Shown here one piece after another: positions 1-7,300 of a DNA stretch of 58,793 nucleotides. Under the pieces are notes generated by a model. The model did no database searches, was not told the DNA's origin, and saw only the letters and a list, made by a program, of their open reading frames with translations. Made by a program: the position numbers and the translations under genes. How positions within the stretch are numbered: position 1 is the stretch's first letter; each line of letters begins with the position of its first letter. The stretch lies in contig QFOU01000002.1 of assembly GCA_003241595.1 (NCBI GenBank), forward strand, positions 1-58,793, given 5' to 3'. This DNA comes from Pseudomonas fluorescens (GTDB lineage: Bacteria; Pseudomonadota; Alphaproteobacteria; UBA2136; UBA6156).

Positions 1-762
1 CGGGATCTGTTTATGGAATTCGGCCACCTGCGGGATGGTGGATTGGCCGAGGGTGGCATCCAGCACCAGTACGGTGTGGTGGGGGGCGGTTTCATCCAGC
101 TTGGTGATGACGCGCTTGATCTTGGGAAGTTCGGCGAGGAGATCGGCGCGGTTGGGCAGGCGGCCGGCGGTGTCGATAAGGAGGGCGTCGGCTTTCAGCT
201 CGATGGCTTTTTCCAAGGCGGCGTAGGCGACGGCGGAGGAGTCCTGGCCCTCTTTGACGGGGGGAATAATGGTGACGCTCCCCTGCTTGCTGGAGGCATC
301 GGCGCGGTCGGTCCAGACCTTGAGTTGGGCGACGGCGGCGGCGCGGAAGGTATCGGCGGCGGCAACCACGATGGTCTTCCCCTGCCCCGCCCATTGGGCG
401 GCGAGTTTACCGATGGTGGTGGTTTTGCCGGCGCCGTTGACGCCCGCGATGAGGATGACGGTGGGAGATGCAGTGAATTCCAGCGGTTTGGCGAGAGGTT
501 GCAGGCGGGCGGCGATGAGGGTGGCGAGTGCGTCGCGCAGGGCTTCCAGCGTGAGAGGCTCGGGCAGTTTGGTTTTGCGGAGATCCTTTAGCAGCGCTTG
601 GGCGACGGGTAGCGAGGTGTCGGCGGCGATGAGGGTTTCTTCCAGCGCTTCGAGTGTGGCGTCATCCAGTTTGGCCGCGATGCCGAGGGCCTGTTTGAGG
701 CCTTCCGTGACGTTAGTGGTGGAGCGGGTAAGACCGGCGGTGATGCGAGAGAACCATGACAT
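1..762 (-). CDS. ftsY: Signal recognition particle receptor FtsY (partial; C-terminus lies beyond the left edge)
   Basis: My own minus-strand translation; it is absent from the ORF track because it runs off the edge. It reads MSWFSRITAGL...GVNGAGKTTTIGKLA...DTAGR. These are SRP-GTPase motifs. The ATG is at 762-760. Confidence 0.9.
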   Translation of the reverse strand, partial: MSWFSRITAGLTRSTTNVTEGLKQALGIAAKLDDATLEALEETLIAADTSLPVAQALLKDLRKTKLPEPLTLEALRDALATLIAARLQPLAKPLEFTASPTVILIAGVNGAGKTTTIGKLAAQWAGQGKTIVVAAADTFRAAAVAQLKVWTDRADASSKQGSVTIIPPVKEGQDSSAVAYAALEKAIELKADALLIDTAGRLPNRADLLAELPKIKRVITKLDETAPHHTVLVLDATLGQSTIPQVAEFHKQIP

Positions 763-777
763 GGTTCCCTCTATACC

Positions 778-1764
778 TTAAGGCGCGGGATTTGGCGAGG
801 TGGGTGACGCGGTTGTTGCCTGAGCCTCGGGCGGGGTTGCGGGGGCAGAGCTAACGGGAGTTTCAGGCGCTTTTGGGGCGTTGGGGAGCTGCGGTTGCAG
901 GTCGGTCCATTTTTGGAGGTTGGCGGCAATTTCCGATTTGGTTTCGTCGCGCACGATCTCCATGGCGACGATGGGGCTGGTGAGCCAGAGCGACACCGAC
1001 GGAATGACGAACAGGAACGAATAGGCGAAGTGACGGTGGCGGCAGGCCGAGAGGAAGGCCAACGTGAACAGGCACCAGAAGATGAAGACGGTAACGCCCT
1101 GCGGGATGTTGCCCGCGTAGGCATGGCCTGCGCCCGGCAATATGACCCCCATGGCACCGGAGACGGCGATCTTCTTCTGTTGCTCCACCCGCAGCATGTT
1201 GATGCGCTGCTTGAGTTTTTCGGCGGCTTCCAGACCATAGGTTTGTTTGATGCGGCCCTTGGCTTCGGCTTGTTTCCAGACATCGCTCATTTGGGCGGCG
1301 GTGGTCCACGGGTTGCCGGGGAATTTTTCCTGCAATTGGCGGAACGCATTGGCTTGCGCGTCTCCGTACGAGCCGGTGGCGATGTGGAAAAGGGCTTCCG
1401 GCGCGTATTGGGTGGCGGGGTTGTCGTTGATGAGTTCGGAGATCAGGCGCGAGGCGACGTTGGGGTTGCCCATGGCGATGTTGAGCCGGGCGGCGTTGGT
1501 GAGGGCCAGCTCGCGCTCTTTACCATGCGACTGGTAGGCGAGGCGTTGCCATTCGACGGCGGCGGAAGGGAGATCGCCGAGGCGCTCGAGTTCTTTGGGG
1601 AAGCCGGTATCGGGGAGAACCTCGGTTTGGATTCCGCCTGGGCTGCCCAAGGGGCGTAGCGATGGGCCGGCCTTGCCATCCAGCGGACCTACCTTAGTGG
1701 CGAATGCCAGCACCGGAAGGCACAGACAGACCGCAACGAGTGTTATTATTTTTGCCCCGTACAT
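778..1764 (-). CDS. Hypothetical envelope protein with signal/anchor, helical-repeat region, hydrophobic helices and Pro/Ala/Thr-rich tail
   Basis: 328-aa ORF 16 bp downstream of ftsY on the same strand. The N-terminus is IITLVAVCLCLPVLAFA. It has hydrophobic segments and a PAPETPVSSAPATPP tail. No family recognised. Confidence 0.6.
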   Translation of the reverse strand: MYGAKIITLVAVCLCLPVLAFATKVGPLDGKAGPSLRPLGSPGGIQTEVLPDTGFPKELERLGDLPSAAVEWQRLAYQSHGKERELALTNAARLNIAMGNPNVASRLISELINDNPATQYAPEALFHIATGSYGDAQANAFRQLQEKFPGNPWTTAAQMSDVWKQAEAKGRIKQTYGLEAAEKLKQRINMLRVEQQKKIAVSGAMGVILPGAGHAYAGNIPQGVTVFIFWCLFTLAFLSACRHRHFAYSFLFVIPSVSLWLTSPIVAMEIVRDETKSEIAANLQKWTDLQPQLPNAPKAPETPVSSAPATPPEAQATTASPTSPNPAP

Positions 1765-1919
1765 AGTCTGACCTTACTCCCGTTTGTTGGCAGGCGGCAA
1801 CCCGAGGGGGGCCGATTCGCTGCGTATTCGTTAGGCTGCGTTATTACGTGCAGGGTGGGAACTAAGTTCCGCGTATGAAAGGGCGTGACGCGGTTTCAAT
1901 CTCTTGGTAAGAGACATTT

Positions 1920-3269
1920 ATGTTGGAATTTATTCAAGAGAAGCTCGGTAAGGCGCTTTCGAGCCTAACCGGCAAGGGTTTGCTGACCGAAGCCGATGTA
2001 GACGCGGCGCTGCGTGAATTGCGCGTGAGCTTGCTGGAAGCCGATGTGGCGTTGCCGGCGATTAAACACCTGATGACGCTGGTGCGTGAGCGTGCGGTAG
2101 GTGAGGCTGTGTTGAAGGGTGCGAACCCCGGCCAGCAGGTGGTTAAAATTGTTTACGATGCCTTGGTTGAGTTGCTGGGTGAAGGGGTTGCCCTGCAATT
2201 GAATGCCGCGCCACCGGCCGTCATTTTAATGTGCGGGTTGCAGGGCGGTGGTAAGACCACCACCAGTGGCAAGTTGGCGAAGTATCTGGCCGACACCCAG
2301 AAGAAGCGTGTGATGTTGGCGAGTTTGGACGTGTATCGTCCGGCGGCGATCGAGCAGTTGGCGATTCTGGCCGATAAAGTAGGTGCCCAGCGCTTTGACC
2401 ATGCCAGCAGCGATGTAATGGTGCGCGCCAAGGCGGCGATGGCCGAAGCCAAGAAGAGCAGCGTGGATGTTCTGATTGTGGACACGGCGGGTCGTTTGGC
2501 GGTGGATGAAGCCTTGATGGCCGAGTTGGTCGCTGTGCGTGATCTTGTGAAGCCCACCGCAAGCCTGCTGGTGGCGGATGGTCAGACCGGTCAGGTTGCT
2601 GTTGAAGTGGCCAAGGCCTTCCATGAAAAAATTGATCTGACCGGTTTGGTGCTGACCCGTATGGATGGCGATGCGCGCGGTGGGGCCGCCCTTTCCATGC
2701 GCCATATTACCGGTGTGCCCATCCTCTTCCTTGGTATGGGTGAAGGTGTGGGCGCGTTGGAGGTATTCCGCCCCGAAGGTTTGGCCGGACGTATTCTGGG
2801 CCAAGGCGACGTGGTGGCCCTGGTGCAGAAGATGCAGAATGCCGCGGCCAGCGAGGATGGTGCCAAGCTTGAAGAGAAGTTGATGTCCGGCAAGCAGCTC
2901 GACATGAATGATCTGAAAAAGCAGATGCTGATGATGAAAAAGATGGGCGGCATGAGCGGGATGCTCGACCTGTTGCCCGGTATGGGGGCGCTGAAGGGCA
3001 AGATCGACCCCAGCAAGGTAGATGACAAGCTGGTGATCCGTCAGATCGCGGTGATTGACTCCATGACAGCCGCCGAGCGGAAGAATCCCCTCATTTTGAA
3101 TGCCAAGCGGCGGATTCGTATCGCCAAGGGCTGCGGCTTGACCGTGCATGATGTGAACAAGGTGGTGAAGATGCACGAGCAAATGAACCAGATGACGAAG
3201 ATGATGCGGAGTGGGCAGTTGCAGAAGATGATGGCGGGGATGAAGGGGATGAAGGGGATGAAGCGGTAG
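1920..3269 (+). CDS. ffh: Signal recognition particle protein Ffh (SRP54)
   Basis: G-domain motifs GLQGGGKTTTSGKLA and DTAGR, plus a Met-rich M-domain (MMMKKMGGMSGMLDLLPGMG). Confidence 0.95.
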   Translation: MLEFIQEKLGKALSSLTGKGLLTEADVDAALRELRVSLLEADVALPAIKHLMTLVRERAVGEAVLKGANPGQQVVKIVYDALVELLGEGVALQLNAAPPAVILMCGLQGGGKTTTSGKLAKYLADTQKKRVMLASLDVYRPAAIEQLAILADKVGAQRFDHASSDVMVRAKAAMAEAKKSSVDVLIVDTAGRLAVDEALMAELVAVRDLVKPTASLLVADGQTGQVAVEVAKAFHEKIDLTGLVLTRMDGDARGGAALSMRHITGVPILFLGMGEGVGALEVFRPEGLAGRILGQGDVVALVQKMQNAAASEDGAKLEEKLMSGKQLDMNDLKKQMLMMKKMGGMSGMLDLLPGMGALKGKIDPSKVDDKLVIRQIAVIDSMTAAERKNPLILNAKRRIRIAKGCGLTVHDVNKVVKMHEQMNQMTKMMRSGQLQKMMAGMKGMKGMKR

Positions 3270-3282
3270 GGCCCCTGCTCGC

Positions 3283-3311
3283 AAAAAACCCGGCACAATG
3301 GCCGGGTTTTT
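3283..3311. terminator. Bidirectional intrinsic terminator between ffh and the convergent 114-aa gene
   Basis: aaaaaaCCCGGCacaatgGCCGGGttttt: stem flanked by an A-run and a T-run. Confidence 0.7.
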
Positions 3312-3335
3312 CGTAGGTAGCTTCGATCGGTCGCG

Positions 3336-3680
3336 TTAAGCGGCGATAGCTGCGTGCTGCTCGACGATGAAGGCGAGGAAGGCGTCGAGCTCGGCATTGC
3401 CGGTGCCCTTGGTTGCGAGTTCTGCAAGGTCGTCGCCGATGGCGAAGAAGTGACCCTTGTAGGAATTGCGACCGGGACGGTGGCGATTGACGGTGGCTTC
3501 TCCCGGCATGGCGATGGCGAGAGCTGCGAGCGCGAGGCGCTCACCGTCTTTCTTCACCTGTACGGCGAAGACTTCCTTATCATCAGGATGCGGCTGACGC
3601 TCGCAGAGGCGGGCGAAGTCGCGTTCCTGCATTTCGCAGTAGTGGCCTGCGGTGGTCGAAAAGGTTCTGATCATCGGCAT
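3336..3680 (-). CDS. Hypothetical 114-aa cytoplasmic protein
   Basis: Internal Met (MPMIRTF...) of ORF 3336..3893. The upstream extension overlaps the rpsP leader and looks non-coding. No confident family. Confidence 0.5.
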   Translation of the reverse strand: MPMIRTFSTTAGHYCEMQERDFARLCERQPHPDDKEVFAVQVKKDGERLALAALAIAMPGEATVNRHRPGRNSYKGHFFAIGDDLAELATKGTGNAELDAFLAFIVEQHAAIAA

Positions 3681-3909
3681 GTGAGTGTCCTTTCTGACAG
3701 CTCGAGTTTCGATGGGGTTTTTATGGGGTATGTTTTTTGTGTTTACAAGGGGGTTGAGAGAGGTTATACGGCGGATGTTGTGCGTAGCCCGCATGTTACC
3801 CGCAACCCGCTGAGCTGAAAGGTTCAGTTCTCCATAGTGGAGAGGCAAGTCCCTTCGAGGCTTGAGATACCAATACGAGAGCCAAGCTCTCACACAGAAA
3901 GTTACGAAT

Positions 3910-4413
3910 ATGTCCGTTAAGATCCGCCTGCAACGTGGTGGCCGTAAGAAATTGCCTATCTACAGCATCGTAGTTGCTGACAGCCGCGAAGCCCGCGATG
4001 GTAAGTTCATCGAGCGCGTTGGTTTTTACGCTCCCAAGGCCCGTGGTCAGGAAGTTCCCTTCCAACTGAACGCCGAGCGCGTTGAGTTCTGGGTTGCCCG
4101 TGGTGCCCAAGTGACCGACGTTGTGGCCCGCTTGCTGGTTAAGAACAACGTTGGCCCCGAAGCCATCCGCAAGGACATCACCGAGCGCAAGGCCCGTCGC
4201 ATCAAGGTTGCTGAAATCCAAGCCGCCAAGGCTGCCAAGGGCGAACAGCTCAAGGCCGAAGCCGCTGCCAAGGCTGAAGCTGAAGCCGCCAAGGCCGCTG
4301 CCGCCGCTGCTGCTGAAGAAGCCAAGGCTGCCGAAGCTGCCGCCAAGGCCGCTGAAGCCGAAGCCGCTGCCGCTCCGGCCGAAGCTGCTGCTGACGAACA
4401 ACCGGCTGCCTAG
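3910..4413 (+). CDS. rpsP: 30S ribosomal protein S16 with Ala/Glu/Lys-rich C-terminal extension
   Basis: [40 protein letters not shown] matches the S16 core. The ATG at 3910 was chosen over the track start at 3862. Confidence 0.9.
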   Translation: MSVKIRLQRGGRKKLPIYSIVVADSREARDGKFIERVGFYAPKARGQEVPFQLNAERVEFWVARGAQVTDVVARLLVKNNVGPEAIRKDITERKARRIKVAEIQAAKAAKGEQLKAEAAAKAEAEAAKAAAAAAAEEAKAAEAAAKAAEAEAAAAPAEAAADEQPAA

Positions 4414-4417
4414 TGCA

Positions 4418-4918
4418 ATGGTTGAAGCTGTGAAGCTGATTTCTGTGGGGGCCCTGAAGGGCCCTCATGGTTTGAAGGGTGCCGTGAAGGCGAAGATCGG
4501 TCTGGATGACTACGACCTGCTGGTTGAGGCGGGTCCGCTGATCTCTAAAGACGGTAAGGAATTCAAGGTCACCAAGTGGCAACCGGTCGGTCAGGGCCTG
4601 CTGGCGCTGACCATTGCCGGTATTACCACCGTTGAGGGTGCCGAGGCGCTGAAGGGCACGGAAGTGTTTTTGGACCGCAACAAATGGCCTGAGGATGAAG
4701 ATGAAGTATTCCTCGACTCCTTAGTGGGTGCCGATGTAGTGGGGCCGGATGAGGCCGTGCTGGGCACTGTGAAAGGCACCGTGGAATTACCGGCCGGGCC
4801 TGCGCTGGAAGTCATCATGGGCGATGCTGTTAAAGTTTTGCCGCTGGATGCCGAATTCTGCGAGCTGGACGACAAGGTGTACCTGACCGAGTTGGGTGTG
4901 GCTGTTTTGGCGTTGTAG
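4418..4918 (+). CDS. rimM: 16S rRNA processing protein RimM
   Basis: Internal Met MVEAVKLISVGALKGPHGLKGAVKAKIG, 4 bp after the rpsP stop. C-terminal PRC-barrel-like region. Canonical rpsP-rimM order. Confidence 0.85.
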   Translation: MVEAVKLISVGALKGPHGLKGAVKAKIGLDDYDLLVEAGPLISKDGKEFKVTKWQPVGQGLLALTIAGITTVEGAEALKGTEVFLDRNKWPEDEDEVFLDSLVGADVVGPDEAVLGTVKGTVELPAGPALEVIMGDAVKVLPLDAEFCELDDKVYLTELGVAVLAL

Positions 4919-4935
4919 CTTACCTCAGGCTTTTG

Positions 4936-4960
4936 AGCGGGGCTATGGCCCCGTTTTTAT
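4936..4960 (+). terminator. Intrinsic terminator after rimM
   Basis: CGGGGCtatgGCCCCG followed by tttttattttt. Confidence 0.6.
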
Positions 4961-5105
4961 TTTTGTATGCAATTTGACAAACATCAAAGATAGGAGTAGA
5001 GAGTTGCAGCTTTATTGCATAGCTGAGTACCGATTTCGATTGGATAGCTAAACCATATGGGCGCAAGCCCGACCTTTTTTGCACGTTCACACGGGGATAT
5101 AAAGA

Positions 5106-5279
5106 ATGGCAACTTCTGAACAAATTGAAACCTGGGCCAAAGATGCAATCGCTCGCGACATGGATGCTGGCAATTACATGCGCGAAATTCTCGAATTGCG
5201 TGCAGAGACCAAGCTTCGGCGCGAAAATGAGCCGAAGCTTGAAGATGCCATCGCGCGTTTGAAGGTCAAGGCCGCCTGA
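5106..5279 (+). CDS. Small 57-aa helical hypothetical protein (below the ORF-track size cut-off)
   Basis: My own translation: MATSEQIETWAKDAIARDMDAGNYMREILELRAETKLRRENEPKLEDAIARLKVKAA. A GGGGA lies about 10 nt upstream. A weak hairpin plus T-run follows at 5301-5326. Confidence 0.4.
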   Translation: MATSEQIETWAKDAIARDMDAGNYMREILELRAETKLRRENEPKLEDAIARLKVKAA

Positions 5280-5354
5280 TAAGGCGAGCATACGAAGAAA
5301 GAGGGGTGGGTAACTGCCCCTTTTTGTTGTCCATTCCGCTTACGGAGGCTTGTT

Positions 5355-5882
5355 ATGAAAGACTTCAGGATCGCCGACTATAAGGAACGCCTTGCCCTTG
5401 CCATGGACGAGGCTCACCCAGATGCGCAGCACATACAGATGCTGCGCTGGGACATGAGCATGGAGTTGATGGACGAGCTTGTTACGGTGAACAAAGACAC
5501 GCCCGACACGCCCCCCACACACTCCATGACCCTTCAAGTTCTGGATGAGGCCGAGCTGACGTACGCGCTCGACCACAGCGACCTCCTAGCGGTATGGCAC
5601 TTTGCACGCATACAGGACACGCCGCTGTTTGCGGTTGTGGCTGAGCTTGCGACCTGTCTGTGGCCACAGGATGCCGACATCCAGCGCGCGATTGGTGTTG
5701 TGGTTGACGGCATCACGGAGGAACTTGAGGAGACGAAGGATCGCCAGTTGGCCTCCGACGCCGAAGCGGCCTTACGGCAAGTGCGCGCCATCACGACCTC
5801 CGAGGCGCAAGCCTTATGGATGTTGTGCGCGGCGCACGGAATACCGCCGTTTCCGGCCGCGAACAAAGATGTTCGGCAATAA
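5355..5882 (+). CDS. Hypothetical protein, member 1 of a three-gene tandem paralog family
   Basis: GGAGG SD precedes the start. The C-terminal block TTSEAQALWMLCAAHGIPPFP is shared with the next two ORFs. Confidence 0.6.
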   Translation: MKDFRIADYKERLALAMDEAHPDAQHIQMLRWDMSMELMDELVTVNKDTPDTPPTHSMTLQVLDEAELTYALDHSDLLAVWHFARIQDTPLFAVVAELATCLWPQDADIQRAIGVVVDGITEELEETKDRQLASDAEAALRQVRAITTSEAQALWMLCAAHGIPPFPAANKDVRQ

Positions 5883-5888
5883 CGACCA

Positions 5889-5922
5889 CGAGGGGCAGCA
5901 GCATGTTGCCCCTCGTTTTTTT
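5889..5922 (+). terminator. Intrinsic terminator after paralog 1
   Basis: CGAGGGGCAgcagcatgtTGCCCCTCG followed by ttttttt. Confidence 0.75.
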
Positions 5923-6005
5923 GTTGTGTGTTTCAGAATGATCGTATTAAGTGCATGCAGTTTACGGCGTACTTTGACTTTCCCTCGGCATGATTGGAGA
6001 TAGCC

Positions 6006-6563
6006 ATGCGTGAACCTTATTTTCGGGAAGACCCTGACCAGCGGGCGGCTTGCCTCGAATACTTCGGGCCAGATCGTTCTGCGATTTCGTTTTTGAAAGT
6101 GGCGAAGTTCATTCGGGACAACTGCTTTGAGAATGTAAGCGCCGAAGGCGTGGTATGGTACTGGCACAAGCGGTACCTGATTGTTCACCATCAGGCTGCC
6201 TTTGAAGTGGTTAAGCAACTGCTGCCGTGCAATGGCGAGACATATCCTCCGACTCCCATGCCCCACAAAGGCATGCGGCCGGATGATGCGCAGATCCTCA
6301 AGGCGATGTGGAGTGTACGGCGAGTTCTGCCCGCCAGCTTTGCTGAAGATGAAGAGATGTTGCGCGAAGTGACGGCCGCCGCGTGGGAAAGCGGTTACGA
6401 TGAAACCGAACTTGCCGATATGAAGGCGTTGGTTGATCGGCGTCATACCCAATTGGACAATGACCTGCACAACCTGACCTATGAAGAGGTGCTGGATGTT
6501 TGGGATTACTGCCGCAAGGAGCTCTTGCCGCCTTTCCCGCCGCCATGGGGATCAACCTTATAA
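6006..6563 (+). CDS. Hypothetical protein, member 2 of the paralog family
   Basis: ATG at 6006 lies 5 nt after GGAGA; the track used TTG at 5994. C-terminal block LTYEEVLDVWDYCRKELLPPFPPP. Confidence 0.6.
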   Translation: MREPYFREDPDQRAACLEYFGPDRSAISFLKVAKFIRDNCFENVSAEGVVWYWHKRYLIVHHQAAFEVVKQLLPCNGETYPPTPMPHKGMRPDDAQILKAMWSVRRVLPASFAEDEEMLREVTAAAWESGYDETELADMKALVDRRHTQLDNDLHNLTYEEVLDVWDYCRKELLPPFPPPWGSTL

Positions 6564-6573
6564 ATTGTAATCG

Positions 6574-6603
6574 GAACGGCCTTTGAGGGGCCGTTCTTTT
6601 TTT
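6574..6603 (+). terminator. Intrinsic terminator after paralog 2
   Basis: GAACGGCCtttgagGGGCCGTTC followed by ttttttt. Confidence 0.8.
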
Positions 6604-6700
6604 GTCTCTTTTCCGAAGATAGGGAATCGCTTATAGATGTGCGACGTGCGTTGTGTTTTGTACCCTGAGTTCATTCTTTCTATGAGACTGGAGATTTCTC

Positions 6701-7231
6701 ATGAATATTTCGAACCTGAACCTGCCCCCTTATGAACAGAATGTGTTGATACGAATGCTGACCCGGCAAGGTGTTGACCCTGCCGAGTTGTATGAATTGA
6801 TACGGGCATATGCCCAGTTGTTTCCGTGTGAAGGTGATACCCCTCCGCTGGATGACATGGAGCGCCTACTGGACCGCGATGGTGCCATTCAGGTGATCCC
6901 TGCCGAACGGGTGGCCCGTGAATGGTGTGCTCTGAAAATCCGGGATACCGCTGCTTACCACATTGTGGTGCACCTGGGTGCGACTTCCCTGCCCCCCGAT
7001 GAAGAGTCCATTCATAACGCCACGACCGCGTTGCTTGCACGACTGGTGGAAACCCAAGACGACACCGAAAGCCTTAAGCACATGATGGCGCTGCTGCGCC
7101 GGAACCTCAAGAATGTGACGCCGGATGAGGTGGGCCATGTCTGGTGGTTGTGCCAGACTTATGGCATTACGCCGTGGTTACCGCTGGAAAAACCGCTCTT
7201 TACGGCGAAAGACCCGCGAACGGTTAACTGA
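6701..7231 (+). CDS. Hypothetical protein, member 3 of the paralog family
   Basis: GGAGA SD precedes the start. C-terminal block VTPDEVGHVWWLCQTYGITPWLP. Confidence 0.6.
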   Translation: MNISNLNLPPYEQNVLIRMLTRQGVDPAELYELIRAYAQLFPCEGDTPPLDDMERLLDRDGAIQVIPAERVAREWCALKIRDTAAYHIVVHLGATSLPPDEESIHNATTALLARLVETQDDTESLKHMMALLRRNLKNVTPDEVGHVWWLCQTYGITPWLPLEKPLFTAKDPRTVN

Positions 7232-7252
7232 ACATTCGGCTTTATGACTCTC

Positions 7253-7290
7253 AAAAAAAGAACGGCCCCTTTTGGGGCCGTTCTTTTTTT
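7253..7290. terminator. Bidirectional intrinsic terminator (paralog 3 / aconitase)
   Basis: aaaaaaAGAACGGCCCCttttGGGGCCGTTCTtttttt. Confidence 0.8.
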
Positions 7291-7300
7291 GGCGGTTGCC

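Noticed and set aside
13-781. Plus-strand ORFs 13..591 and 254..781.
   Set aside because: They lie opposite the partial ftsY gene, whose GTPase motifs are clear on the minus strand.
4920-5291. 123-aa minus-strand ORF.
   Set aside because: It spans two terminator hairpins and AT-rich intergenic DNA. It overlaps the better-supported plus-strand 57-aa ORF and has no SD.
4919-7300. Possibility that the ORFan blocks (here and at 13300-14900, 37200-40050) are mobile elements or genomic islets.
   Set aside because: No integrase, transposase, recombinase, tRNA attachment site, inverted terminal repeat or target-site duplication could be found by eye. I describe them as insertions relative to the canonical gene order, not as mobile elements.
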